This document shows positions 34,433 to 48,628 of a stretch of 64,000 nucleotides of DNA, in pieces. A program made the position numbers and the translations under genes. Position 1 is the first letter of the stretch, and every line of letters starts with the position of its first letter. Origin of the DNA: Nemertoderma westbladi (Eukaryota; Animalia; Xenacoelomorpha); the NCBI GenBank assembly GCA_032718475.1, contig JAUCBJ010008325.1, positions 1 to 64,000 on the forward strand, written 5' to 3'. Below the pieces are notes generated by a model that saw only the letters and a program-made list of their open reading frames with translations, was not told the DNA's origin and did no database searches.

Positions 34433-37400
34433 CGGTCCCCTACCCCGTGCAAAGACCTCAACTCTATTTGTATCTCCTCGGCGTCCTGGAAGCTAGAAAC
34501 AGCTCTCGCCACTTCCTCGTCGATATACGATAATGTGGACGCAGTGTCCAACATCACATATATTCGCTTAGACCCCTTATCGCCAGTAAGTTTCACCGGA
34601 ATCACGCTAAATATTTCCAACGTGGCCGATGATAAATACGTCCGCGCGCTGGTCGATGAACTATCCGCGGTGAAACCTTGGTAGGTCACCTCTCTTGCGC
34701 TCGACTCGCCATCCTCGTCCGACGAACCTGGTTGATAACCATCGTCTTGGATGCCGGTATACGTATTCCTTCTTATCGATACGGGTTCTTTGCTCCCCTT
34801 CCTGTGAGGATTTCGCTGTAAGTAACAGTCCGTTGGGGTATGGAAATCCGCATGTAGCAACTTGTGATGAGTCTGCCGCATTCCATGCATCCGTCCTTGC
34901 TGTTCGGGCACTGCCGCCGTACATGACCTGGCGCAAGACATGCCCAACAGGTGTCCAACGTCCGCACTTGAACTCTTCTCTGTTCCGAATTTAATTCTTT
35001 GAACCGTCTGCAACTATCTAACTTATGGTCGTCAGATCTTACCTCCTTTAGTAAACAGTATTGGCAACCTACAAATCCATCCGGCAACTCCTGTTGCTTT
35101 AACCTAGGTCTATCTAACCGCTCACCTGACCATACTCGCGAGTCTGATCTAAAGGCTGGGGTACTCGAATTATATCTGTCTACTGAGTTAAATGTCACAG
35201 TGGTCCTATCATCGTCAAAACTTACCATAGACTTACCGGTAACAGGTTTAGACTCTCTCATATTCTCTTCTGAGAAGTTTGATTTCATCTCTGCTACTGC
35301 GTCTGTGGCTATCATGTCATGAATATGCTGAAGTGTCAATACTTTACCTTGGCCTTCCAACTTATTCTCTAATTTGCGCCATTTCTGTCGGTAACGCATG
35401 TTTAGACGTCTTATTACGCTCTTCAAAACTTCGGCGTGATCACCATGATGAGGTAGATTCACCGTCTTCAAGATGTCCAATGCGTTCGAAATAGCATTCG
35501 CTAAGTTCAACAGCTCTAACGGAGTTGTAATCCTTCCGCCCTTACCCAAGTCTTCTACTATCGACTGTGCCATCTTGGTTTTATTCCCGTAGATGTCGCT
35601 AAGCGTCTTCATCGCTAACTCGAATGCTCTTTCATTGCCGACGAAGTTGTCAGCAATGGCTCTAGGTTCTCGATGGAGCATCTGAAGCAAATAGTTGAAC
35701 TTCTCGTTGGGAGTAAAGGTGCTGTTGGTTAGCTGTTCGTCGACATAGGTTTTGAACGTCCTCCAATGCTTATGGTTGCCCATAAACTTCTGGGGTTGTT
35801 GCGTCGGCAGTCCTTGCCTAGCAGCAAACTTACCTATGTCCCTAAGGGTTGCGTCGTTCCGGGTTAACAAATGGTTTAGTTCTGCAGGGTTGTTAAGTCT
35901 GGTCCTTTCCCGGGGATTAAAACTTACCTGCTCCGTGTCCGTCCTTCTCTCCTTATAGTTTCGGGACTTCTGACGTCTCATGTCTTCCTCTTCATCGCTT
36001 GATTCGGTGTCAGTCCTTAGCGCTCGCGATGGTTTGCGTGCCGAGGCCCTGACCCATGCATCCTGTATAAATTTCTCTGCCGAATTTTCGAAATCGGGAT
36101 TATGGATATTCGGGACAGGCGTCCTTACCTGAGGTCTATGTGGTATAGTTTCCTCCGATATACGTACTCGTTGACTAGGCTGGACTTTATCTGACTCAGG
36201 CCTGCTAGGATTAGAATTACTTCTTACCTGGGCTGTTTCCTTTAACCGTAGGTTACTAAGCATGTCCGTTATAGGTTGGATGTGCGGCGATATAGCTTGC
36301 GCTAAACTAGCACTTAACTCATCCCTTGTAATAAATTCCTGGCTAGGGTTCTGTTGTATAGTCGACTCTATCTGAGTAATCCGCTGTCTCTCATATGATC
36401 CCTCTTCCGGTTTAACCCGGAAGTTCTCCGTCGAACTGGGTCGGCGCTCCGTCCGCGTATTCCAAACCCGCGGGTTCGGTTCGCCCAATACTCGGCCCGT
36501 CGGAGTTTCTCTAAACTCTTCGTTGTCTCGTTATGTAGTGGTGCGGTGTTCTGATGACGTGGATTCTGCGCGATAGGTGAAGCACTAATACCAACTGGTG
36601 TACGATATGTAGAGAACGGTTTAGCGATCCGAGTACTCGTAATAGCTGGACCGGGTATAGGAATTCTGGTCGTCGTCGACTCGCGTATAGTCGGAGTTCT
36701 CGCTTCCTGTTCGGCCTTCTGCAGTGCGAACAGTTCTCGCAACTCGGTCCCTACACTCGCCCCACATTCTTCGATCATTCGCATCCCCTTCTCGGCGATT
36801 TCATTTGCCTTTCTAGTCCGTTCCTCGCTCTCTAGGTTTAATCTCGCACTTTCCAACTGCGCCAGTTTACGTTCTTCTTCTTCCCTCGCTCGTCTCGCTG
36901 CGCTCTCTTCTTCCACACGCGCCTTCTCTTCATACAACGCCCGTCGCTCCCTCTCGCGCTCAAGTTCGCGCTCCTTGCGCTCGCGTTCGAGTTGGAGTTC
37001 GCATCTTCTTTGCTCGCGTTCCTTAGCTTCCCGTTCGCGTTCGAGTTGGAGTTCGCGTTCTTCGTGTTCGCGTTCGAGTTGGAGTTCTCGTTCTTCGCGT
37101 TCGCGTTCGAGTTGGAGTTCTCGTTCTTCCTGTTCGCGCTCCACTTGCTCACGCTTACCTTTGTCTTCCAACTCTCGCAACTTTGCGTCTAACTTACGTG
37201 TGCGCTCCCGTTCCCGCTCGGCTTCCTTCCGTGCTTCAGATGCACGCAAAACTTCCGCCTGCTGTTCGTCCAGTCGGCGTCTTCTCTCCTCCGCCGAGTT
37301 GTGAGAAACAAGGGATCTAGCACATATAACTTTGGTGACTAACCTGGGAATCGCCACTGTCTCTAGATGCGTCGTCGGGTGGAGTTAACGTTCTCTGTTG

Positions 37401-38187
37401 GATATTGTCCGTCGTCAGCAGCACCTGGCCCGGTACCACCACTCCACTCTGCATCAGCCAGCTGGTAACTTCCCGTTGATACCTGCGCTCCTCCTTATCC
37501 TGCATCTCTTCTCGCTCCACTAAGTTTCTTAACTCTGCGTCACTCACTTGGGTCGCCTGCGCTTGTGATGCCCATAGCAACCAGTTCTCCGTCCTAACTC
37601 GCCGAAATCGCTCCGATAACGCGCGGTGCTCTAGCAAGGCTGCTAAAACCCTGTCGTAAATCCTCGTCGCCACGTCGCTCGACTGAGACTCCACTGTTCT
37701 CTTTGCTAGGACTGCAAGCTCCTCCGTCTGTTTGAATAACGCTGAGTTGTATCCCTTTCTAATCTCTACTAACCCTTCCCTTCCGATGTTCGCTGAGTCG
37801 GCTAGCATCTTCCTTACCTTGTCCGCCGTCCGGGTTATATGTCCGGCATGCGCGCGAAGTTTCTTCTTTATCGCGATGTCAAATTCTCTTTCGCTTACCT
37901 GACTCACACTTGGTGGACTTGAAGGATTATTTCGGGAACTACGGGTACTCCTTATAGCCGCTGGGACCACGGCACTTACCATACCCACAGGTCTGGAAAC
38001 CGGGCTCCGGGCTCTCGCTTCTGCTATACTACCCTCCCTATCACTCATCTAATTCAAAATATTCAAAAATGAATTTGCCACCCAAATATTTCTAACTTTA
38101 TATATATATAGCTCAAAATCAATGTAATTTTATTTTTAAATATTATTTCTATATCCACTAGCGCGTGGCTACACCTTCAGGTTGCGA

Positions 38188-38189
<2 letters not shown>
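34433..38189 (-). mobile_element. Second, truncated BEL/Pao element (gag plus start of protease), frameshifted
   Basis: ORFs 37317-38048, 36368-37357, 34773-36488 and 34433-35013. Motifs KFMGNHKHWRTF, EKFNYLLQML, CQYC..HKLDSC, CWACLAPGHVRRQC and VMLDTASTLSYID. Confidence 0.85.
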
Positions 38190-38232
<43 letters not shown>

Positions 38233-41200
38233 GATAGCCTATTGCTAGTTGTGCCGACGCACTATTTGTTCAGAGTTGTGCCCTTTCAGTGGGACTGATT
38301 ATTTGAAAATTGTGGTGACATCAATTCCTGTGCTACCACTAGGGGGTGTGGTGTATAATGTGAGGGTAATGTGAGGGAGTGTGATATTGCTTTTTCGTCT
38401 TTGGTTATTTATTGATATTAAGTTTCTTTGATTGTAGGCACAACTTGGTGTCCGTAAACATCATATATCGTGTATAATTGAGGGGAATAACAAATTGAAT
38501 ATTTAAGATCGCGATGTTATATTATAGTGCTTTTAATGAAACATCGAATATCACTAATTTTTAATTGTATAAGTTGTTGAACTAATTATATGAATGCTGA
38601 ATGGGAAATTATTCTTATTATATTTTTATTATAAGGTGGTCGATAAAGCAATTTCCAGGCTCAATTTCTTTGTAAATGTACGGTCTCAGGAATTCTTAGC
38701 ATGCGAGTATTCCTAGCCCGTGGGTATTCTTAGCCTTGCATTCTTAGCCCATGGGTATTCTTAGCCCGCGAAACAATAACGTTTATTGTTTTGGTTCCCC
38801 CAGTACTCCTCTGAAACCTGCTCCTTTGCTAACCTGCTCTTTTACTAACTCGCGCGCTAAGAACACTCGCGGGCTAAGAATTCACCCAACAAATGTACTT
38901 GTTCAGAGCTGTGAATTCTACATTTCTTCTATATTGAATGTACAGCAAGCAGCAGGGCATTAGAAATTTGAATCATTGCTTCACGAAATAAAAGAAAAGG
39001 ATTATTGTAATATTTCGTTTTATTCCATATCGTAACATCCAATCTTTTAACACCCTATCTCGTATAATCATGCTTCCCCCATCTCGTAGCACGTAATGCA
39101 TTATTGTCAAAAAATTTGCAAAATAAACTTGGTTTCTAATCCGATCTATAGACTCTTGGGTGTCCACAACGGTATTAGTACATAGAACAACAGTTTGGCA
39201 ATAATAATTTGCTACAAGCGTGCAATAATAAATACAAAAGGGTGAGTACAAAACAAATACACAAGACCCAAAAACTTAAGACCTGTACGAAACACATGTG
39301 ATAACTTTCGTTTATTGTTTTGGCTCCCCCAACTATGACTATGTAACCTGCTACTTTACTAACCTGCTCCTTTAAATGCCAATGAGACCTAACGCTCTTT
39401 GGGACCTAACGCTACTTTACCTCTTAGTTTTGTACGTCCTTGGTCTTTGTTTTGTACTGACCCAGATACAAGAGCAGAAAACCAGCTATATCGTCCTGCT
39501 ACAACGTTATTAACTTCAGCAACTGTATCATAGACCTATTTGCCTTTAACACTTTGCGTACCAACACGGTACGAGTTCATCACACGTATTGTCACGACAC
39601 GTACTCGTGTTCATAATGATAATGCCGCCTTTAAATACTGTAATTATAACCTAACCCTCATGGCGGCAGAGTGCCGCCTTTACATATATTATCCTGACTC
39701 CCATGGCGACAGGGTGCCGCCTCTTTATAAAAACCTCTTATAACTTTCTTATAACTATTGGGGCGGATAAATGGAGTTCATATTCGTGTTGTGCAGGAAA
39801 AACTGGTCTAGAAAAATTAATTTATTGCTTGAAGGGATTCCTGTTGGTTTGATTAATTTTAAATTACATAGTTTATGCAAATTAATTTCAATTTAGCCAA
39901 TAATTATGTTACAAATGATTAAGGCTGCAGTGTGCCCCCCGGGGTTCAAATGAAAGATTTATAAATTTCGAAAATGGTTAAAGGCGGAAGTGTGCCGCCT
40001 TTGAGGGTAGGATAAGTAATAATATGGTTATCCTCTTTATATATAACAACAAAATAAACCTTGGTACGATCAAATATACTTTCTTGGAAGTAAAAATTTA
40101 CGTAATTTATCTTTGGTACACAAAGGGCTACACTTATTTTCTTAAAATTTAATAATAGTTTGAGTAGGTTCTCGAGAATTTCGTTGCCATATTCGTAAAC
40201 ATGACGATTGTAATGTTGTGATAGACATAAGAGCATATTGCTTAAAATATATTAAATATAATATAAATATAATTTGCTATACAAATTTCTGGCTGCTTAT
40301 ATTGCATGCATATAGTCCAGCAAAATCAAATCAAGTCTCACACTGTTCATAAAGGAATAAGCAATCAAAGTGTAATCTATGTACCCCTTTCGATATCGCT
40401 TAATGCACTGATTCTTAATAATAATATACAATTATTTCTTATATTTAATAAACTGTAATTTTATTAGGAAGAAATTTCACCTTTCTGTAATATATTATTA
40501 CTTCAAGAATACACCTCGTTAGTAATAATAATGTTATAATTTTAATTAGATTGTTTACTCGGGTAAATGGGTGGCTTTTAATATAAATGCTATTTAATTA
40601 TTTATTTAATACTAAATATTATTACCTTTAACAAAGGATGTTACCCAATACATGAAAACAATTTTTTTGCTCCAATCATGTCCTGATGAATAAAATATAA
40701 AAAAGTAGAAAGTTTCATGGGTGGTGCTAAAAATTCTGGAACATTTAATACAAAAATCGACACACCGGCACCATTGGCATGTATAGTACCCTATTAATTA
40801 AAAGTATAAAGAGACAAACATTTACTGATAATTAATAGGTAGAGAACTATAGAGAAACCCACCACACAGCACAATTAGCTAGTTGCTGCATATGACCTTC
40901 CTATCCTGTCTGGCCTTATGGCAGGCAGCCCAGCACCATCTTCCAGTCCAAGCCCACTTCTCCATTTGATGCGTGACCCACGAACGCAATGGGATGCGCC
41001 TCGGATAAGGGCAAACTTGACTCGTGTCCTACTCTTACTGTCTTACTCGGGTAAATTGGTTAGCGCAAATTTGCGGGATTTCCGGCATCGGGACCGGGAT
41101 TATCACTCTCGGGATCCCGTCTGCGTAAAACTTAACTATAAATAAACTTCAATAAACACTATATTACGTAACTAACGGTCAAAAGTGAAATTATTCATAA

Positions 41201-41329
41201 ACCACAATATTACTTACAAAATAATAAACTATCTTAATTCAATTTAATACGATGCAGAGAGGTTCCAACCACGAAGACTATAACAGTCTACAGTATGAAA
41301 CCAAGACTTCTCCATTTGGCTGAATATAT

Positions 41330-41600
41330 TGTCTGTTTTGGCAAGTATATAAATATACCTTGCCTGTTTTGGCAAGTATGTAAGTATGCCTTGCCTGTTT
41401 TGGCAAGTATATAAATATACCTTGCCTGTTTTGGCAAGTATGTAAATACACCTTGCCTGTTTTGGCAAGTATATAAATACACCTTGCCTGTTTTGGCAAG
41501 TATGTAAATGTGCCTTGCCTGTTTTGGCAAGTATATAAATACACCTTGCCTGTTTTGGCAAGTATATAAATACACCTTGCCTGTTTTGGCAAGTATTTAA
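41330..41600. repeat. 31-bp tandem repeat with CTTGCC-tgtttt-GGCAAG hairpin (~9 copies)
   Basis: Unit tataaatataccttgcctgttttggcaagta. Homologous array at 50835-51145. Confidence 0.95.
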
Positions 41601-42949
41601 ATATGTATTGCCTGTTCTGGTAAGTATTTGAATTTGATAGAGTATATTATAAATATGATGGAAACTTCCTGTAAGTTTCACGTGTAAGACAAATGTTGAA
41701 TAAATTATAAAACAAAATATTATTTTATGGCTTTTTCCCTGGAGCAAAGAGTAGTAACGCAGGAGGAGTAAACGAACAAATGTAATATGTCCTCTACTTA
41801 AAGTAATTGAATTGCCGTACTACTGTAATGAGAATTTCAAAGATTTTTGAGTCAAATTTTAATAATATCTCGAAACAGGAAATGTCTACAAGGTAGGCCT
41901 ACATCCTAAATTTGCATAGAGGATAAAACAAGCAGGAAACGAGCTGTATCAACAAATCAGGCTGATAATATAACAAGTATTATCAAGTCAAGTCAAGTTT
42001 GTCAAGTCAAGTGATGTCAAGTCAGTATGTCAAATCGTATGGCGCCAAGTCAAACTACTATCAAGTCACGTGATGTCAATCAAGGCATTAATTATGAAGT
42101 AATGTCGAGTCCAATGATGTCAAGTCAAGTGTCATAAAACCAAGTGATATCAAGTCAAATAATTTAAATTGATAAAAAGTGTTGTAAAGTCAAGTGAAGT
42201 CATATACCATCATGATAAATGACCATGATGTCTGTCACGGTTTTCTAATTATTGAAATGGCTTCCGTCAATTTGTTTCACCCACTGCATCGTACCCATCT
42301 TGTGAAATTTTGGTGCCATTCAAGTGCCCCAAAACGAAAACTACAAGTAGCACAAAAATTATAAAGTGTTAAATTTTGACTTTGGTTATAAATATCTATA
42401 CTGGTTTTCAAAGTCGCTGATTACTACGATATAACTCGTAAAAAATCATTCGTGCTAACGTAACTATCATTTTTGCTGCTTGTCTGGTGGGACGGATAAA
42501 TACGGATACTAGAAATATCCCAGGTATCGAAAGTATTAATTGCTATTGCTAAAGGTAAAATAGGAGTACATAAGGGAAAAACATTTTCCGATATTGATAA
42601 TATTGAATTAAGTGATGTTTTATCAGATGATGGTTATCAGATGACAGGTTATGCCTTTCTGACTGAAAATTCTGAAATTGACTTTCTCACATTGCGAAGT
42701 TCTATTTATCCTTCGCAGCTAATTAATTAGCCATAGCCATTCCTGGCAAATCTGAAATACGAATAAGGCTAAATATTAGGCTGATTAAGAGAACAAGAGT
42801 TCGTGCTCTTCTATTTAATTTATAGAATTACTATTTATTGTATTTTAGGTGGTAGCAGCAGCGGGGGACTGATACCTCCAGGTAAATTATAAATATCACG
42901 CGTAATTATATCCGTAGCTGTTCCCATAGTTGGTAGGTGCTAAAATGCA

Positions 42950-43885
42950 CAACGAGCAACAATGACCTACAGCGAGCAACAATGAGCAACAATGAGCAGC
43001 AATGAGCAATAACAAGCAATAATAAAGTACAAGAACGAGCAACAATGAGCAACAACGAACAACTACGAGCAACAATGAGCAACAACAAGCAGTAATAAAG
43101 TACAAGAACGAGCAACAATGACCAACAGCGAGCAACAATGAGCAACAATGAGCAGCAATGAGCAATAACAAGCAATAATAAAGTACAAGAACGAGCAACA
43201 ATGAGCAACAACGAACAACTACGAGCAACAATGAGCAACAACAAGCAATAATAAAGTACAAGAACGAGCAACAATGACCAACAGCGAGCAACAATGAGCA
43301 ACAATGAGCAGCAATGAGCAATAACAAGCAATAATAAAGTACAAGAACGAGCAACAATGAGCAACAACGAACAACTACGAGCAACAATGAGCAACAACAA
43401 GCAATAATAAAGTACAAGAACGAGCAACAATGAGCAACAACGAACAACAATGAGCAACAACGAACAACAATGAGCAACTACGAGCAACAATGAGCAACAA
43501 CAAGCAATAATAAAGTACAAGAACGAGCAACAATGAGCAACAACGAACAACAATGAGCAACAACGAACAACAATGAGCAACTACGAGCAACAATGAGCAA
43601 TAACAAGCAATAATAAAGTACAAGAACGAGCAACAATGAGCAACAACGAACAACAATGAGCAACAACGAGCAACAATGAGCAATAACAAGCAATAATAAA
43701 GTACAAGAACGAGCAACAATGAGCAACAACGAACAACTACGAGCAACAATGAGCAACAACAAGCAATAATAAAGTACAAGAACGAGCAACAATGAGCAAC
43801 AATGAGCAACAACGAACAACAACGAGCAACAATGAGCAATAACAAGCAATAATAAAGTACAAGAACGAGCAACAATGAGCAACGT
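42950..43885. repeat. CAA-rich complex minisatellite (10-mer gagcaacaat with higher-order units)
   Basis: Recurrent gagcaacaat and aagcaataataaagtacaagaac. Source of the spurious L/C/V-rich ORFs. Confidence 0.95.
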
Positions 43886-43899
43886 AATGCAATGTAATG

Positions 43900-45008
43900 A
43901 TATAATGAGTTAAGTGCCGTTATGTAGCCCATTGGAATATCGTTATATAGCCAGTAGGAAAGTCGTTATATAATGAGTTAAGTGCCGTTATATAGTCCGT
44001 TGGAATATCGTTATATAGCCAATAGGAAAGTCGTTTTATAATGAGTTACGTGCCGTTATATAGTCCGTTGGAATATCGTTATATAGCCAGTAGGAAAGTC
44101 GTTATATAATGAGTTAAGTGCCGTTATATAGTCCGTTGGAATATCGTTATATAGCCAGTAGGAAAGTCGTTATATAATGAGTTAAATGCCGTTATATAGT
44201 CCGTTGGAATATCGTTATATAGCCAGTAGGAAAGTCGTTATATAATGAGTTAAATGCCGTTATATAGTCCGTTGGAATATCGTTATATAGCCAGTAGGTA
44301 ACTCGTTTTATAATGAGTTACGTGCCGTTATATAGTCCGTTGGAATATCGTTATATAGCCAGTAGGAAAGTCGTTATATAAGGAGTTAAGTGCCGTTATA
44401 TAGTCCGTTGGAATATCGTTATATAGCCAGTAGGAAAGTCGTTATATAATGAGTTAAATGCCGTTATATAGTCCGTTGGAATATCGTTATATAGCCAGTA
44501 GGAAAGTCGTTATATAATGAGTTAAATGCCGTTATATAGTCCGTTGGAATATCGTTATATAGCCAGTAGGTAACTCGTTTTATAATGAGTTACGTGCCGT
44601 TATATAGTCCGTTGGAATATCGTTATATAGCCAGTAGGAAAGTCGTTATATAATGAGTTAAGTGCCGTTATATAGTCCGTTGGAATATCGTTATATAGCC
44701 AGTAGGAAAGTCGTTATATAATGAGTTAAGTGCCGTTATATAGTCCGTTGGAATATCGTTATATAGCCAGTAGGAAAGTCGTTATATAATGAGTTAAGTG
44801 CCGTTATATAGTCCGTTGGAATATCGTTATATAGCCAGTAGGAAAGTCGTTATATAATGAGTTAAATGCCGTTATATAGTCCGTTGGAATATCGTTATAT
44901 AGCCAGTAAGGAAAGTCGTTTTATAATGAGTTACGTGCCGTTATATAGTCCGTTGGAATATCGTTATATAATGAGTTAAGTGCCGTTATATAGTCCGTTG
45001 GAATATCG
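43900..45008. repeat. 68-bp tandem repeat (~16 copies) built of three 22-23-bp subunits
   Basis: cgttatataatgagttaagtgc / cgttatatagtccgttggaatat / cgttatatagccagtaggaaagt; period 68 (44101, 44169). Confidence 0.95.
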
Positions 45009-46743
45009 TGTTTCATATTAATTGGATCACAAGGGCGTTTATTTTTGGTAAAATAGTTGCCTGTCAGATTATTTTTGAGTATAATGGTAATAACAATAAT
45101 ATATTACTAACTACTACACTGTAACAATTAGATGTTGAGAGTCTAGTACAACTAGGCCCGGATATTTCCATTCATATAGTGCAACCCTTGTCTTTCTGTT
45201 TTGAAACACTTAACTTGTTTTTCAGTAATCGAGATTATATAATTAGTTAAAATTGTAATTAAATATTTCTTATATATTCGGCGAACTCCTGATAAGTGTG
45301 TGGGTGGAGGGTCATATTAACAACACGACTCATATCACCGCCTGCCGTTTTTCCATTCATCGCATTATATGTGCTGTATTTCCCGTACATACATTCGCCT
45401 CATTGCTTGATATATGCAAAAGCGTAAAATAAAATATAAAAAAGCGTTAAAAGATTATATACTACACTACTACTCTATATACTAATAGCTGCAAACTCAA
45501 AATATTATAATTAAAAAAATGTCAAACTAAATAATGTTGTGTTTGGTTTGATAATTCTGAAGGTATACGGGTTTCCGATGTCGCTGATCAAGATGAAACT
45601 AGTTACAAATATTTCTGGTAAAGCAAACCCATTTTTCGTGCCATTCTGGTGCCCCAGAACGAAAAGTACAAATAGCACAAAATTATAAACTGTTAAGTTG
45701 CCTTGGGTTTGGTAATTCTGAAGCTGTACCGATTTTCAAGGTCGCTGATCACGATACAACTCGTTAATAATAATTTGTGGTAACGCAACAATCATTTTTG
45801 GTGCTTGTCTGGTGGGACGAAAAATACCAGTTAGCGTAAAATTTCAAACGCCAAAATTCGATTTCTTCGAAATTTTGGTTGGATAATAACGATATTTTTG
45901 AGTGTCATGTTCGTGATCAGCATCCCAAAAAACCTATATGGTCATCAAATTATTTGGTTTTATTAAGGATTAATAAATCATGTTTGTAATGCCAAAAATT
46001 GATTCAAAATCGAAATACGGCCCTCGCACAGCACAATATATAATATGTATATGAGATCATCCACTGTGTTCATCCGTGGGAGTTAGTGTGGAGTGCCCCT
46101 TGCCTTGTACGTACAAACAAGAGAAGGAAGCAAGTGAAAGAGTACCCTTAATATTGCCTCCAGTAGTGTTTCATATTCACAGATAAATTTACATTACCCC
46201 GAATTATTATGAACCCGAATTTGTGGGGCAAGGGGCCTTCCTATTCACATCACAAATCAATATCGCCGTAGTCCGGCTGCCCCATCCATTGCATTAGCTA
46301 CACTACTGTCTGGCCAGCAGACATATATTCGCCTTCAAGCTCGATATATTGCCTTCTCTAACAATGGCATCGCCGTTCACTCCATGTAAACAATTAATGT
46401 TCCTACAACTCGTGTTATAAATTCCATGAGATAATTTTAATCAATGTTGATGGTGTCATTTGTTTGATGTTCTCACAACTATTACATGTTAGCAGAACTC
46501 TAGTCAATGATTTTTGAATGTTCAAGAAGAGGACGCTAAAGGGATACACGATTTTTTTCCCTCACATTTCAGGTATTGCAAAGTGGCACTTGTGCTAACA
46601 TTACAAAGAGTACATGGGGACCCGATCAAAACGTCGGACACATGTCCCTGATCAAATGTCAGCTCAACTTGTTACCACTATTTTTTTGTCACCACAACTG
46701 CCATTTTTGATAGCCAAATGTTAGCACAACTGCCAGTTGGATA

Positions 46744-46801
<58 letters not shown>

Positions 46802-48628
46802 GATAGCCGATTTCTAGTTGTGCCGACGCACTATTTGTTCAGAGTTGTGCCCTTTCAGTGGGACTGATTATTTGAAAATTGTGGTGACATCAATTCCTGT
46901 GCTACCACTAGGGGGTGTGGTGTATAATGTGAGGGTAATGTGAGGGAGTGTGATATTGCTTTTTCGTCTTTGGTTATTTATTGATATTAAGTTTCTTTGA
47001 TTGTAGGCACAACTTGGTGTCCGGAAACATCATATATCGTGTATAATTGAGGGGAATGACAAATTGAATATTTAAGATCGCGATGTTATATTATAGTGCT
47101 TTTAATGAAACATCGAATATCACTAATTTTTATTTGTAAAGTTTATGAACAAATTATATGAATGATGAATGGGAAAATATTCTTATTATATTTTCATTAT
47201 AAGGTGGTCGATAAAGCAATTTCCAGGCTCAATTTCTTTGTAAATATACGGTCTCAGGAATTCATAGCATGCGAGTATTCTTGGCCCGTGGGTATTCTTA
47301 GCCTTGCATACTTAGCCCGTGGGTATTCTTAGCCCGCGAAACAATAACGTTTATTGTTTTGGTTCCCCCAATACTCCTCTGAAACCTGCTCCTTTGCTAA
47401 CCTGCTCCTTTACTAACCTGATCCTTTACTAACTCGCGGGCTAAGAATACTCGCGGGCTAAGAATTCACCCAACAAATGTACTTGTTCAGAGCTGTGAAT
47501 TCTACATTTCTTCTATATTGAATGTACAGCAGCAGGGCATTGGAATTTTGAATCATTGCTTCACGAAATAAGAAAAGGATTATTGTAATATTTCGTTTTA
47601 TTACATATCGTAACATCCAATCTTTTAACACCCTATCTCGTATAATCATGCTTCCCCCATCTCGTAGCACGTAATGCATTATTGTCAAAAAATTTGTAAA
47701 ATAAACTTGGTTTCTAATCCGATCTATAGACTCTTGGGTGTCCACAACGGTATTAGTACATAGAACAGCAGATTGGCAATAATAATTTGCTACAAGCGTG
47801 CAATAATAAATACAAAAGGGTGAGTACAAAACAAATACACAAGACCCAAAAGACTTAAGACCTGTACGAAACACATGTGATAACTTTCGTTTATTGTTTT
47901 GGATCCCCCAACTATGACTATGTAACCTGCTCCTTTACTAACCTGCTCCTTTAAATGCCAATGAGACCTAACGCTCTTTGGGACCTAACGCTACTTTACC
48001 TCTTAGTTTGTACGTCCTTTGTCTTCGTTTTGTACTGGCCCAGATACAAGAGCAGAAAACCAGTTAGATCGTCCTGCTACAACGTTACTAACTTCAGCAA
48101 CTGTATCATAGACCTATTTGCCTTTAACACTTTGCGTACCAACACGGTACGAGTTCATCACACGTATTGTCATGACACGTACTCGTGTTCATAATTCATG
48201 ATAATGCTCATAATGCCGCCTTTAAATACTGTAATTATAACTTAACCCCCATGGCAGTTTACATAGTTTATGCAATTTAATTTAAATTTAGCCAATAATT
48301 ATGTTACAAATGATTAAGGCTGCAGTGTGCCCCCCGTGGTTCAAATGAAAGATTTATAAATTTCGAAAATGGTTAAAGGCGGCAGTGTGCCGCCTTTGAG
48401 GGTAGGATAAGTAATAATATGGTTATCCTCTTTATATATAACAACAAAATAAACCTTGGTACGATCAAATATACTTTCTTGGAAGTAAAAATCTTTATCT
48501 TTATCTTTGGTACACAAAGGGCTACACTTATTTTCTTAAAATTTAATAATAGTTTGAGTAGGTTCTCGAGAATTTCGTTGCCATATTCGTAAACATGACG
48601 ATTGTAATGTTGTGATAGACATAAGAGC

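Larger units (their letters stand above)
38232..46746. mobile_element. ~8.5-kb element, copy 1, bounded by (CT)n tracts, with imperfect TIRs
   Basis: Colinear and highly similar to 46801-53583. Left end gatagcctattgctagttgtgc vs reverse complement of right end gaatatccaactggcagttgtgc. Confidence 0.6.

Noticed and set aside
25811-37304. Numerous plus-strand ORFs opposite gag-pol
   Set aside because: Antisense shadows of GC-rich or repetitive coding sequence.
42896-43932. Leu/Cys/Val-rich membrane-protein-like ORFs
   Set aside because: Open in several frames because the CAA-rich satellite lacks stops on that strand.
46050-46400. Relic exon (KFICEY, C-type-lectin-like) or transposase in the duplicated unit
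   Set aside because: Multiple stops in the frames checked and no further supporting motifs.
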